From positions 840,001-872,000 of the forward strand of contig OY970071.1 of the NCBI GenBank assembly GCA_963705375.1: a DNA stretch of 32,000 nucleotides, read 5' to 3'. Made by a program: the position numbers and the translations under genes. The stretch is from Candidatus Saccharimonadota bacterium (GTDB taxonomy: Archaea > Micrarchaeota > Micrarchaeia > Micrarchaeales > Micrarchaeaceae). Shown in pieces: positions 1 through 9,664 of the stretch (the stretch's first letter is position 1; each line of letters starts with the position of its first letter). A model generated the notes under the pieces. The model searched no databases. It saw only the letters and a program-made list of their open reading frames with translations, and was not told where the DNA came from.

Positions 1-3
1 ACG

Positions 4-13
4 GTTTATATAT
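4..13 (+). promoter_or_regulatory. TATA-box-like element upstream of ORF 41..430
   Basis: GTTTATATAT lies about 30 nt upstream of the ATG at 41. The spacing fits an archaeal promoter with a short or absent leader. Confidence 0.3.
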
Positions 14-40
14 CTGCACTGCTCTGATAAAACGACCGAT

Positions 41-430
41 ATGACTCCTCTCGAAATACTTGCTTTGTTTGTTGCAGTGCTAAGTGTTTTTGACGCTTTT
101 ACTGGTCTGGTGATGCCGCAAAAATGGTGGCAATGGTGGCCCGATTCGATTGAAAAGGCCCTCAAAAGCAAATCACGATGGGCTATTCCAGTTTTTATCC
201 TGCTATTTGCACTGGTATTCGGATATTTTGTAGTACAACAGGTTTCTATACTTGCAATAGTGTCTGGCATTTTCATAGGAGCGCTTCTTTCAAAGATGTC
301 TATGACTGCTAGGGACCCAAAAGAGATACTCCCTATTCTGAAAGATATGTCGAAGAATATAGACTGGCTAACTGTTGCGATAGACTTGGCACTTGCATTG
401 ATCGTGTTCGCCGCAGTGTTTCTTAGATGA
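41..430 (+). CDS. small integral membrane protein, unknown function
   Basis: 129-aa ORF with about four hydrophobic helices and a Trp-rich loop (QKWWQWWPD). No family recognised. Confidence 0.45.
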   Translation: MTPLEILALFVAVLSVFDAFTGLVMPQKWWQWWPDSIEKALKSKSRWAIPVFILLFALVFGYFVVQQVSILAIVSGIFIGALLSKMSMTARDPKEILPILKDMSKNIDWLTVAIDLALALIVFAAVFLR

Positions 431-513
431 CTTCATAGTTTTTCATGAGCTTGTAGGCAATTTTAACAGGCGAACGTGTAGAGTGCTGTGCAGAAAACCC
501 AATAGGTGCGTGC

Positions 514-1209
514 ATGCGTTTAGTGATAAAGGAAGATTACCGTAGGATGACAGACGCGGCTTTAGAGACATTTCTAGAATTCCTTTCCGAATCCAGGGTG
601 TTGTGCTTTGCCACAGGGAACACGCCCGTTCTCTTGTATGGAAAGTTGTCTGCCCTTTGCAAGGCCGGAGACATATCGTTTAAAGACAAGATATCTTTCA
701 ACTTGGACGAATACTGTGGTCTGGATCCGAAAGATGAGCGTAGCTACAGGTATTACATGAACCTGCACCTGTTCTCCAGCACAGACATAAAAGCAGAGAA
801 TATACATTTTCCAGATGTGTCTTTGCCAGAGAATGACGCTGCGGCAAAATATTCGAAGGAGCTCGGGATGCTGGGGCCTGTGGATCTGCAGATACTCGGC
901 ATAGGCAAGAACGGCCACATAGGGTTCAACGAACCGGGCTCTGGCATAGACTCTCAGACACGTGCTGTCGAACTAGCAAGCGAAACAATAAATAGAAACA
1001 AGGCGCCAGCAAGGAAGGCGATAACGATGGGCATAAAGGAGATACTCGCGGCAAAAACCGTAATTCTCATGGCATCCGGTGAGGACAAGAGCGAAGCATT
1101 ATTCGAGACTATCAGAGAGCCGCCAAGCTCTTCTACTCCTGCATCATTTCTTCAGTATCATAAAAATACATATATTTTTGCTGACAAAGCAGCCGCAAGC
1201 AGTCTTTAG
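514..1209 (+). CDS. nagB: glucosamine-6-phosphate deaminase (NagB/6-phosphogluconolactonase fold)
   Basis: The N-terminal FATGNTP motif and the LGIGKNGHIGFNEPG signature are typical of NagB. An AGGTG Shine-Dalgarno-like motif lies at 504-508, 5 nt before the ATG. Confidence 0.8.
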   Translation: MRLVIKEDYRRMTDAALETFLEFLSESRVLCFATGNTPVLLYGKLSALCKAGDISFKDKISFNLDEYCGLDPKDERSYRYYMNLHLFSSTDIKAENIHFPDVSLPENDAAAKYSKELGMLGPVDLQILGIGKNGHIGFNEPGSGIDSQTRAVELASETINRNKAPARKAITMGIKEILAAKTVILMASGEDKSEALFETIREPPSSSTPASFLQYHKNTYIFADKAAASSL

Positions 1210-1242
1210 GACAAACCAAACGCAAGTATCTGGTGCTGCCTT

Positions 1243-2577
1243 ATGGCCGAAAATGACAAAAACAAGGTAAGTGTCTTAGTGGCCGCGGCAGTCGGTCTTG
1301 GCGCAATAATAGGCGCGGGAATATTTGTGCTCAGCGGCGCTGCTATAGCACTTGCAGGTGCTGACGCGCTACTGGCCTTTATACTGGTCGGAGCGGTTGC
1401 AATCATAATCGCGCTTGAGCTTTGTGAGCTCGGCTCGCTCATGCCCCATCTGAAAGGCGCGTCGTATTCCTATACTTATAAGGCATTCGGTAGTGAGTGG
1501 GGCTTCATAGCTGGCGGGCTCAGGTACATGGCCCTTGCCGTATCGATATCTGCAATAGCTTTGGGATTTGGATCGTACCTGTCAAATATAGTCTTCGGCA
1601 GTTCTGCAGGCACGTATCCTATACTGTTCGCAATAGCGCTGATACTCTTATTGTCTTTTGTGAACATGCTTGGTGTAAAGAAAACGGCACAAACAGACTT
1701 CGGCCTTGTATCCGTAAAAATAGCCATACTGCTCCTGTTCTTCGTATTTGCAGTGTTAGTGGTGCTCTCAAAACCCAGCATGGTGCCTGTTTTGTCATTT
1801 AATATGTCTGGAAGTGCTTTGGGAAGCATATTCGCCGCAAGCGTGGCTGTGTTCTTTGCTTACTCTGGTTACCAGTCTGTATCGTCGATAGCCGACAAGA
1901 TCAAAGGCGGCACAAAAGGCTATGTTACTGCCATACTCTCTGCAGTTGTCATAAGCATGGTCGTGTATGTGCTGGTGATCCTGGCCATACTGCTGCTCGT
2001 CCCTCCAAATTCTTACCACGGCCTTTTGGTCGCGGATCCCATATCTTACACGCTTGCACAGTCTCACGCCCCCTCATGGCTGATGTTCCTTGTCGATCTG
2101 GGTGCTCTGGTTGCGACTGCATCTGCAGCTATTGCGATGATGCTCGGTGCATGGCGTGCGCTATACCAGATGAGCGTGGACCATCTCCTTCCAAAATTCT
2201 TCAGAAAGTACGATAAACAGAAGGATGTTGCAGTGAACAGCATCATAGTGTCTGCAATGATTGGCATTGCGATGCTGTTTGCAGGAAACATATACGTCAT
2301 AGCGTCCATTGCAAACTTTGGGCTGATGTTTGATTACATGCTGGTCTGTTTCGACGTGATACACTTCAGACGGCGCGGAGTCAAATCACCGTTCATGATG
2401 CCCCTTTACCCATATCTGCCTGTGGCTGGCATAGTGCTGTTGCTTGCGTTCTTTACAGGCTTGAACTACAAAGTGCTGGCATTCGGAGTTGCGCTTTCAG
2501 TCGTGCTCCTGATCGTGTATTATACTCTCAGAGAGATAAGAAAGAAGAAGGTAGTAAGGGTAAAGCTCTTTGACTGA
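1243..2577 (+). CDS. APC-superfamily amino acid/polyamine permease
   Basis: 444-aa polytopic membrane ORF. The N-terminal G(L)GAIIGAGIFVLSG motif is typical of APC transporters. Confidence 0.8.
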   Translation: MAENDKNKVSVLVAAAVGLGAIIGAGIFVLSGAAIALAGADALLAFILVGAVAIIIALELCELGSLMPHLKGASYSYTYKAFGSEWGFIAGGLRYMALAVSISAIALGFGSYLSNIVFGSSAGTYPILFAIALILLLSFVNMLGVKKTAQTDFGLVSVKIAILLLFFVFAVLVVLSKPSMVPVLSFNMSGSALGSIFAASVAVFFAYSGYQSVSSIADKIKGGTKGYVTAILSAVVISMVVYVLVILAILLLVPPNSYHGLLVADPISYTLAQSHAPSWLMFLVDLGALVATASAAIAMMLGAWRALYQMSVDHLLPKFFRKYDKQKDVAVNSIIVSAMIGIAMLFAGNIYVIASIANFGLMFDYMLVCFDVIHFRRRGVKSPFMMPLYPYLPVAGIVLLLAFFTGLNYKVLAFGVALSVVLLIVYYTLREIRKKKVVRVKLFD

Positions 2578-2656
2578 AATTGATTCGCAACTGCCAATCC
2601 ACAGGCTTTGCTCGGTATTCGGATATCTCAAGTTCCGCACATTTTAATAGTCCTTA

Positions 2657-5122
2657 GTGCAATCAATATTTGTGGAAAAGACAGATTTCAAGAAGCTTAA
2701 CCTAGATGAAACATTTAAGGTCTTAGCTTCTGGCGCAAGCGGCCTCTCTGCTAAAGAAGTTGACAGGCGGCATGAACAATACGGGTATAATGAGATTATT
2801 GAAAAGAAGAAAAGCCGTTTTGTCAAGTTTGCACTGTATTTCTGGAACCCGATTTCTTGGATGGTCGAAGCTGCCGCGATACTGTCTGCAATATTGCAGC
2901 GCTGGTATGAACTTGCAATAATACTGACCCTGCTCATTATCAATACAATAATAGGATTTTGGCAGGAGAACAAGGCCGACAATGCCATAATGCTTCTGAA
3001 GAAGAGATTGGCCATAACTGCCCGTGCCCTTAGGGGTGGAAGCTGGGTCACAATACCTTCAAGGGACGTTGTGCCGGGTGACATGATTAGGGTAAAACTG
3101 GGTGACATAGTTCCTGCTGATATAAAGTTGGTCAAAGGGGAGTATCTTCTTCTTGACGAAGCGGCACTTACCGGTGAATCTCTGCCTGTAGAAAAGCACC
3201 GTCTTGATGTAACCTTTTCTGGTGCGATAGTAAAGCAGGGCGAGATGAATGCAGTTGTAACTGCAATCGGGCAAAACACCTATTTCGGAGAGACCACAAA
3301 ACTGACACAGGAAGCCAAGACAAGAAGCCACTTGCAGAAAGCAGTAGTGCAGATTTGCGACTACCTGATCATAATCGCACTTGTGCTTGTAGCGATAGTG
3401 TTGGCTGTTGCAGTATTCCGCGGGCAGGATTTTCTTACCTCTGTACAGTACGCTCTTATCCTACTGACTGCGTCGATACCTGTTGCTATGCCTGCAGTTC
3501 TGTCAGTTACTATGGCGGTAGGTGCAATGGCCTTGGCAGAGAAGGAGGCGATAGTCACCAAACTTGAAACAATCGACGAGATCGCAGGAATGGATATTCT
3601 GTGCGCAGACAAGACGGGCACCATCACAAAGAACGAGATAACCGTAACTAAAGTGAAGTGCTTCGGTGGCTTCTCATACGATGATGTGATTGCCTTCGCA
3701 ACTTTAGCATCAAGGAGAGAAAACAGCGACCCGATAGAAACGGCGATTTTCAAGAAAGCTGATGAAGGCAACGCTTTTGACATAGTAGAATCTTACAGGG
3801 TTGTGAAGTACCATCCGTTCGATCCCATTTCTAAGAGAACGGAAGCCATATGCTTAGATCGCAATAGCAGAAGCACCATCATAGCAACAAAAGGAGCTCC
3901 ACAAGCGATCATTTCTCTTCTTAGTTCCGGCAGGGCGGTATCAAATGACGTAAACAAAGCTGTTGAAAAATTTGCAAGCAAAGGCTACCGCACCATCGCA
4001 GTTGCAAAGGGTACCCACAAATCAGGCTTTCGGATTGTCGGACTGCTCGCATTATATGATCCGCCAAGGGAAGACTCTAAAGAAACAATCAAATCGGCAG
4101 AAGGCATGGGGATCGATATTAAGTTGATAACCGGTGACCACACAGCCATTGCAAGAGAGATGTGCAAGGAGGTGGGCATAGGTAAAAATATAGTGAAAGC
4201 ACAGATTTTGCAGGGTCTTTCTACAAAAAGTGTTAGAATAGAACGTGCCAATGCATTTGCCGAAGTTTTCCCAGAAAACAAGTACAGCATAGTCGATATC
4301 CTGCAGAAAATGGGCCACATAGTGGGTATGACTGGTGATGGCGTGAACGATGTGCCAGCATTAAAAAAAGCCGATGCGGGCATAGCCGTATCAGGAGCAA
4401 CAGATGCCGCAAAGTCTGCTGCAAATATAGTGCTTATAAGGCCGGGGCTTTCCGTAATTATAGATGCAATAAAGCAGAGTAGGATAATCTTCGAGCGCAT
4501 GAACAACTACGTAGTATACAGGATAGCCGAAACCATACGTGTGTTGTTTCTCATCACTCTCGCAATAGTCATCTTCAACTTCTATCCATTGACGGTAGTG
4601 ATGCTTATTTTCCTCGCTCTGCTGAATGACATCCCGATAATGATGATTGCCTATGACAACGTAGAGGTGCACGACAAGCCAGTAAAGTGGGACATGAAAA
4701 GTGTTCTTAGCCTCTCTTCATTCTTGGGCATAGTGGGGGTGATAACGAGCGCCATAATACTTCTGTTGGGCATCTATGTATTTCACCTAAACAACCAAGC
4801 GCTCCAGACACTTATCTTCCTCAAGATGGCAGTGGCTGGCCATATGACTATATACCTGGCAAGAACAGGAAAGAAGCATTTCTGGAGTCGTCCGTTCCCA
4901 GCAGGCAGACTATTCTTCACTACCGAGATAACACAGATTGTTGCGACCATATTCGTTGCATCTGGGATCCTGATGACCTCTATCAGCGTACCTTTGGTGT
5001 TGTTTGTTTGGGGTTATGCACTCACCTGCTTCGTGATAGTGGACTCTCTGAAGGTGAGGTTAATGAAGCATATAAGCACAAACGACGTATCTGCGCCGCA
5101 ACGGGTGCCAGCAGCGAGTTAA
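2657..5122 (+). CDS. P-type ATPase, type IIIA (plasma-membrane H+-ATPase-like)
   Basis: Contains TGESLPVEK, the phosphorylation motif CADKTGTITKN, the hinge MTGDGVNDVPALKKADAGIAV, and the TM6 motif LLNDIPIMMIAYDNV (compare plant/fungal LNDGTIMTISKDRV). The start is a GTG at 2657, with an alternative GTG at 2672, so the exact start is uncertain. Confidence 0.85.
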   Translation: MQSIFVEKTDFKKLNLDETFKVLASGASGLSAKEVDRRHEQYGYNEIIEKKKSRFVKFALYFWNPISWMVEAAAILSAILQRWYELAIILTLLIINTIIGFWQENKADNAIMLLKKRLAITARALRGGSWVTIPSRDVVPGDMIRVKLGDIVPADIKLVKGEYLLLDEAALTGESLPVEKHRLDVTFSGAIVKQGEMNAVVTAIGQNTYFGETTKLTQEAKTRSHLQKAVVQICDYLIIIALVLVAIVLAVAVFRGQDFLTSVQYALILLTASIPVAMPAVLSVTMAVGAMALAEKEAIVTKLETIDEIAGMDILCADKTGTITKNEITVTKVKCFGGFSYDDVIAFATLASRRENSDPIETAIFKKADEGNAFDIVESYRVVKYHPFDPISKRTEAICLDRNSRSTIIATKGAPQAIISLLSSGRAVSNDVNKAVEKFASKGYRTIAVAKGTHKSGFRIVGLLALYDPPREDSKETIKSAEGMGIDIKLITGDHTAIAREMCKEVGIGKNIVKAQILQGLSTKSVRIERANAFAEVFPENKYSIVDILQKMGHIVGMTGDGVNDVPALKKADAGIAVSGATDAAKSAANIVLIRPGLSVIIDAIKQSRIIFERMNNYVVYRIAETIRVLFLITLAIVIFNFYPLTVVMLIFLALLNDIPIMMIAYDNVEVHDKPVKWDMKSVLSLSSFLGIVGVITSAIILLLGIYVFHLNNQALQTLIFLKMAVAGHMTIYLARTGKKHFWSRPFPAGRLFFTTEITQIVATIFVASGILMTSISVPLVLFVWGYALTCFVIVDSLKVRLMKHISTNDVSAPQRVPAAS

Positions 5123-5251
5123 GGCACTGCTGACATCAGAGCGCTAAGTAGTACAGAAACGTTTTTATACAAACAAAGCCATGATGAGAGCGAAGCGTTG
5201 ATTTAAAGTTTCAGATTTTACTGCACATCAAAAGATGCAAAAGCTGGTGCC

Positions 5252-6121
5252 TTGGCTTACATATTGATAGCAACCGATGTTGCGAGATTGATCATAAGTC
5301 TCATACTTGGGATAGTGCAGGGCATAAGCGAATGGCTGCCCATCAGCAGCAAGACCCAGATAATGATCGCATCGACATACCTGCTCCATCTTAAGTTCTC
5401 GCAGGCATATGCGCTGGGCCTGTTCCTTGAAGGCGGGACTTTCCTTGCGGCAGTGATATACTTCCGGAAGGAGCTCTACGGTGCGATACTTGCGATATTT
5501 GGGCGAGGAGGCCCCCAGGGTTGGCTGCTTCTGAAGTACCTCCTTGTTGTTACGATTGTCACCGCGATAATAGCCGTGCCGATATACAAGCTGATATCCG
5601 CGCTCATAACGGGTCCGGCAATTGGGATTCCTATGATTGCGCTTGGTCTGATACTTCTTGTAGATTGGTTTCTTCTGAAATTCTCAAGAGGGAGACGCGC
5701 CCTAAATAAGACCGTGTCTGACCTGTCGCTTGTCAATCTCATAGAAATAGGCATTGCGCAGGGTATATCCGCGTTTCCAGGGGTCAGCAGATCAGGAACC
5801 ACTGTATCTGCGATGCTGCTTCTGAAAGTGAAGCCCGAAGAAGCATTCAGGCTTTCATTCTTTGCCCTCATTCCTGCATCGCTGGGTGCTACGCTTGTCA
5901 CTCTGATGTTCTCTCCTTCAGAGATGGGCTCAGTAGCAGGCAGCCTGCCAGCGCTCTATATAGGTATTGCCATGGTGGTGTCGACCCTGGTCAGTCTTGT
6001 ATTCATGGACGCTCTGATAAAATTCGCAAAGAGCAGCAGGGTAACTACTCTGATATTCCTTCTGGGAATCCTCGCAATATTGAGCGGGCTCATAAGCATA
6101 GTGGCTGGTGTAGGTATCTGA
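5252..6121 (+). CDS. uppP: undecaprenyl-diphosphatase (UppP/BacA family)
   Basis: Has the GIVQGISEWLPISSKTQ and GIAQGISAFPGVSRSGTT motifs. Polytopic. The start is a TTG and there is no in-frame ATG nearby. Confidence 0.85.
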   Translation: MAYILIATDVARLIISLILGIVQGISEWLPISSKTQIMIASTYLLHLKFSQAYALGLFLEGGTFLAAVIYFRKELYGAILAIFGRGGPQGWLLLKYLLVVTIVTAIIAVPIYKLISALITGPAIGIPMIALGLILLVDWFLLKFSRGRRALNKTVSDLSLVNLIEIGIAQGISAFPGVSRSGTTVSAMLLLKVKPEEAFRLSFFALIPASLGATLVTLMFSPSEMGSVAGSLPALYIGIAMVVSTLVSLVFMDALIKFAKSSRVTTLIFLLGILAILSGLISIVAGVGI

Positions 6122-6161
6122 ACTCAAAAACACAAATTTGCGTTAAGTAGAAAGTGATTAT

Positions 6162-7421
6162 TTGGAGAATAACGGATATGAAGTCAAGGACATCGCTCTA
6201 GCCGAAAGTGGCATGCTGAACATCGAGCTCGCAGAAAACAGGATGCAGGCGCTGTTGAAGATACGCAGCAGGTTTTCTACGGAGAAACCATTCAAGGGCC
6301 TTACGATAGGCATGGCTCTGCACATAACAAAAGAAACCGCAGTGCTGGTAAGGACTCTTGTGGCTGGCGGTGCCAAGGTCGCTATTGCAAGCTGCAATCC
6401 GCTCTCTACTCAGGACGACGTTGCTGCTGCGCTCGCAAAAGCTGGAATAAACGTCTACGGCTATAAGGGCGAGTCAAAAGAAGCGTATTACCGGTTCATA
6501 GACGCTGTTATCGCGAAAAAACCCAATCTGACCATAGACGACGGCTGCGATCTCGTGTCAAGGATACACACGATGCACCCGGAGCTGATAAAGGATATAA
6601 TAGGTGGTTGCGAGGAGACGACCACCGGTGTGATAAGGCTTCGTGCCATGGCCAAAGATTCAGCTCTTAAGTACCCTGTGGTCGCTGTAAATGACAACAA
6701 GACTAAGCATCTGCTCGACAATTACTACGGCACCGGACAGTCTGCGATAGATGGCATACTGAGAGCGACAAACATCCTGATTGCCGGCAAAGTCTTTGTC
6801 GTTGCTGGCTATGGTGAATGTGGAAAGGGGCTGGCGCTGCGTGCAAAAGGCATGGGTGCCAACGTTGTAGTCACGGAAGTGAATCATTTCAGGGCGCTGC
6901 AGGCTGCACTCGACGGGTTCAGAGTGATGCCTATGACAGAAGCCGCGAGAATAGGAGACATTTTCGTGACAGTCACTGGCGACACAATGGTCATTACAAT
7001 GGATCACATAATGTGGATGAAAGATGGTGCAATACTTGCTAACGCCGGGCATTTTGACGTGGAGCTAGATATGGCTGCGCTGAACAAGAATAGTACAAAG
7101 AAGAGACGGATGCGCAGCTCGTTGGATGAGTATGTTGTTGACGGCAAGAGGATATACGTGTGCTCAGAAGGCCGGCTCGTCAATCTCTCTGCAGCAGAGG
7201 GCCATCCTAGCGAGGTTATGGCGACAAGCTTTGCTGGCCAGGCGCTTGCGTGCGAATACTTGGTAAAGAACAGAGTAAAACTCAGAGCAGAGGTCATAAC
7301 GCTACCTGACAAAGTCGATGACGAAATAGCAAAACTAGAGCTGGAAGCGATGAACGTAAAGATAGATGCTCTAACAGACGAGCAGGCGAAGTACCTTTCA
7401 AGCTGGTCTGAGGGCACTTGA
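6162..7421 (+). CDS. ahcY: adenosylhomocysteinase
   Basis: Full-length 419-aa match to the AhcY architecture: YEVKDIALAESG, CNPLSTQDDVAAAL, and the NAD-binding VAGYGECGKG. TTG start. Confidence 0.9.
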   Translation: MENNGYEVKDIALAESGMLNIELAENRMQALLKIRSRFSTEKPFKGLTIGMALHITKETAVLVRTLVAGGAKVAIASCNPLSTQDDVAAALAKAGINVYGYKGESKEAYYRFIDAVIAKKPNLTIDDGCDLVSRIHTMHPELIKDIIGGCEETTTGVIRLRAMAKDSALKYPVVAVNDNKTKHLLDNYYGTGQSAIDGILRATNILIAGKVFVVAGYGECGKGLALRAKGMGANVVVTEVNHFRALQAALDGFRVMPMTEAARIGDIFVTVTGDTMVITMDHIMWMKDGAILANAGHFDVELDMAALNKNSTKKRRMRSSLDEYVVDGKRIYVCSEGRLVNLSAAEGHPSEVMATSFAGQALACEYLVKNRVKLRAEVITLPDKVDDEIAKLELEAMNVKIDALTDEQAKYLSSWSEGT

Positions 7422-7542
7422 GTGTGAGATAGTGTCTGCCAAAACTTAGATTGTCACCGTTCTACTTTCACTGCGATGCTGCCTATCTGCCCTTACTCAG
7501 AGCAAAGCGATCGAAATATGTCCGATTGCGCTCTTATTATTC

Positions 7543-8445
7543 TCACTTGCCTCGGTTCGCTAGGTCGCCAACTTTTTCCACTACCCATCCAATCGTATGG
7601 TCGTATACCCACTTTGCGGCGCCCGCTACCGCATGACCAACCGCTCTCGCACCATCTACTATCACATGACCAACTTCTTTAGCACTTTCCTTGAATCCGC
7701 CCCATGCTACTTTCGCACTGTTCTTGGTTGCATCCCATGCTGTTTTGAGTGCCTCTGTAAGGTTTTCCTGATCCATTACCTTGTCGAGACCTTTTGACAT
7801 TGTATTCTTTACATTGTTGAAACGGTCTTTAATATGCTCTCCGGCCAAGCGTCCTTCATCTTTAGTTATACTCCATTCCTTGCGAGCCTGCCCTCCGAAA
7901 TTGCCTTTGTTTTTAGGGTCTTTAAGAAACTTTTCAAGCCCTTTCTTACCTTCATCAATATTTCTTTGGTATTTTTCTTTTACAGGTCCATTAGTTTCTG
8001 ACGTCTTTCCATAACTTCCAGAAACCGCCATCGATTCCGCGTATTCGTGATGATATCCTAGTATATCGTGAAGCTCTTCGTAAAGTTGCTTGTGCGTCTG
8101 TGTCCTCATGTCTACGTCTGCCTGTATTTTGTCGTGTATCATGCGTATAAGTTCAGGTGAAGTCACTGCCTTAATGCCAATTTCTCCCCCAAGTCTTTTT
8201 GTGAAGTTTTTGCTTTCTAATAGGTCCTTAAGCTGCAATTGCGCATCATCACTTAACTCACAATTCCTACTCTTTAGGTAACTATTGATGCGGTCCATTG
8301 TAGCTGAGGTTAGAGTGCTTTCTGCACGAGTGGCTGTAGCTTCTGTGGGTCCACGAGCCACAGTTTCAGACCCCTTTGTCTCAGAACCCACGTTAATATT
8401 AATAACCGAATGTTCTCCGACATGAGATTCTGGGACAAAAGTCAT
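7543..8445 (-). CDS. orphan ~300-aa soluble protein whose 5' end is interrupted by the IS; the current start is supplied by the IS end
   Basis: Long open frame. The first 7 codons (MTFVPES) lie inside IS sequence. After conceptual IS excision the frame continues to an ATG at 9711-9709 (MPNIEVH...). The protein is predicted helical with a Gly/Ala-rich C-terminus (GARAVGHAVAGAAKW). No family recognised. Confidence 0.5.
   Translation of the reverse strand: MTFVPESHVGEHSVININVGSETKGSETVARGPTEATATRAESTLTSATMDRINSYLKSRNCELSDDAQLQLKDLLESKNFTKRLGGEIGIKAVTSPELIRMIHDKIQADVDMRTQTHKQLYEELHDILGYHHEYAESMAVSGSYGKTSETNGPVKEKYQRNIDEGKKGLEKFLKDPKNKGNFGGQARKEWSITKDEGRLAGEHIKDRFNNVKNTMSKGLDKVMDQENLTEALKTAWDATKNSAKVAWGGFKESAKEVGHVIVDGARAVGHAVAGAAKWVYDHTIGWVVEKVGDLANRGK
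8417..8425. repeat. target-site duplication, left copy (CCGACATGA)
   Basis: An identical 9-mer occurs at 9683-9691. The two copies directly abut the IS inverted repeats. Confidence 0.8.
8426..8443. repeat. IS terminal inverted repeat (left)
   Basis: GATTCTGGGACAAAAGTC. The reverse complement of the right end is GACTCTGGGACAAAAGTC. Confidence 0.85.
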
Positions 8446-9437
8446 CCATAACCGATTCTGAATAAGTTGTGAAGTGTTGCAGTACAACTTATTGCTGTAT
8501 CGATTCTGTCATTTCTTTTCTGCCATATTTTCCACCCAACCATCCGTTTATCTACAGACCAACCATTCTCAGACTTCTCCCTTTTGTAGTACTCTATCAA
8601 GTAGGACAGAGGATCCTTCATCATCCGTCTGAATATCTTCCTCCATCTAGACGGGCCATTTATTGTTGTGTTGCTCTTTGGGATTATGTACAAAACAGTT
8701 TTGTCGTCAAAATACTTCAAAGTTGATTGGTAACTATAGTACCTGTCTAACCTTGCACTATTGACTGTTATCCCTGTGGCCACCTCTACATTTCTGAGCA
8801 GCTTCATTGCATTTTCGAATGCTTCCTTTTCAGATCGTATACCCGAGCCATAACATATGTACAACCCATTCTTTATGTCGATGAGATTGAACGAATACAC
8901 GAATTTCCTGTACCCTTCTTTATCGACTTGTGTACGGTAATGTTTCGTTACTGTTAGTGTGTAACCCGTTCCGTCTCCGCTCACATCTATTTTCTTATCA
9001 CATTTTCGTTTTATCGTCAGAATAAACATGTTGTGCAAAACAATTCGCACCAGTTCATCAGAATACATCCTTTCGACAGTTTTGTAACTAATGTCAATGC
9101 CACAAAATGCGCCAAAAAGGGACATCAGTCCGGCCATTGGTCTGTTGTTTTTGCAGAAAATCGATTTTAGGATAAGCGCAACCACCTTCTGTTGGAGAGA
9201 CAATTTTGCAGGTCTTCCGAATTTGGATACCTTCATCTCAATAGAGTCTATTGCTGATTTTGTAAGAATGTTCAACTCTTTCGCGACATATCTTATCCTA
9301 TTTGCATATTCTTCTTCATATGTTTTCCAGTCAGTGTGTTTTTCTGCCGTTTTTTCGCCGTAAATCTCAATCAGTTTCTTGAACTCCTTGAAAAATCTTC
9401 GGAACTGTCTATTCGTTAACCTTTTGGTTTTTGCCAT
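8442..9437 (-). CDS. DDE transposase, IS4/IS5 family
   Basis: 331 aa. The Y(2)R(3)E(6)K signature is readable as YYKREKSENGWSVDK. Candidate catalytic residues are D in VSGDGTGY and D in SARLDRYY. The N-terminus is basic and HTH-like. Confidence 0.85.
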   Translation of the reverse strand: MAKTKRLTNRQFRRFFKEFKKLIEIYGEKTAEKHTDWKTYEEEYANRIRYVAKELNILTKSAIDSIEMKVSKFGRPAKLSLQQKVVALILKSIFCKNNRPMAGLMSLFGAFCGIDISYKTVERMYSDELVRIVLHNMFILTIKRKCDKKIDVSGDGTGYTLTVTKHYRTQVDKEGYRKFVYSFNLIDIKNGLYICYGSGIRSEKEAFENAMKLLRNVEVATGITVNSARLDRYYSYQSTLKYFDDKTVLYIIPKSNTTINGPSRWRKIFRRMMKDPLSYLIEYYKREKSENGWSVDKRMVGWKIWQKRNDRIDTAISCTATLHNLFRIGYG

Positions 9438-9500
9438 GATATTATTATTGAAAGGAAAAGTATTTAAATATATATTAATATATATTATACGGTGTGGTAA
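9438..9500. promoter_or_regulatory. AT-rich bidirectional promoter region inside the IS
   Basis: 63-bp spacer between the divergent transposase and the small ORF. It contains a tandem TATATATTA-A-TATATATTA, and GGTG lies 6 nt before the ATG at 9501. Confidence 0.4.
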
Positions 9501-9662
9501 ATGAGGAAAATTGAAGTAATAAAGAACAAACTTAAAATCGGAGACGATGTTGTAGTTGTTTTTGAGAAACCTGTAACTCGGTTCGGAACAGGAGCAAAAA
9601 TCGATTGTCCTAAAGAGTACATTGGCAAGATGGTTTACGTCATGGTGCGGAAATCAAAGTAA
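9501..9662 (+). CDS. 53-aa AbrB/SpoVT-like 'transposon-encoded protein' (DUF2080-like)
   Basis: Not in the supplied ORF track because it is under 60 aa. Sequence: MRKIEVIKNKLKIGDDVVVVFEKPVTRFGTGAKIDCPKEYIGKMVYVMVRKSK. The pattern G.GAKI..PKEYIGK.V.V resembles small archaeal transposon-associated proteins. The ORF ends 2 nt before IR-R. Confidence 0.55.
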   Translation: MRKIEVIKNKLKIGDDVVVVFEKPVTRFGTGAKIDCPKEYIGKMVYVMVRKSK

Positions 9663-9664
9663 TC

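Noticed and set aside
2644-3279. 211-aa minus-strand ORF, plus similar ones at 3361..3783 and 3985..4506
   Set aside because: All lie antisense inside the strongly supported P-type ATPase gene. They have low-complexity Ser/Ala/Ile composition and no motifs, which is typical of shadow ORFs.
5181-5250. Possible C/D-box sRNA (ATGATGA C-box-like at 5181-5187)
   Set aside because: No CUGA D or D' box lies at an appropriate distance downstream, only CAGA. There is no terminal stem either. It is probably just the uppP upstream region.
8446-8487. N-terminal extension (MYCNTSQLIQNRLW) of track ORF 7543..8487
   Set aside because: It lies inside the IS and overlaps the 3' end of the transposase gene in another frame. 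It is an artefact of taking the longest ORF. The ATG at 8445 or the displaced native ATG at 9711 explains the gene better.
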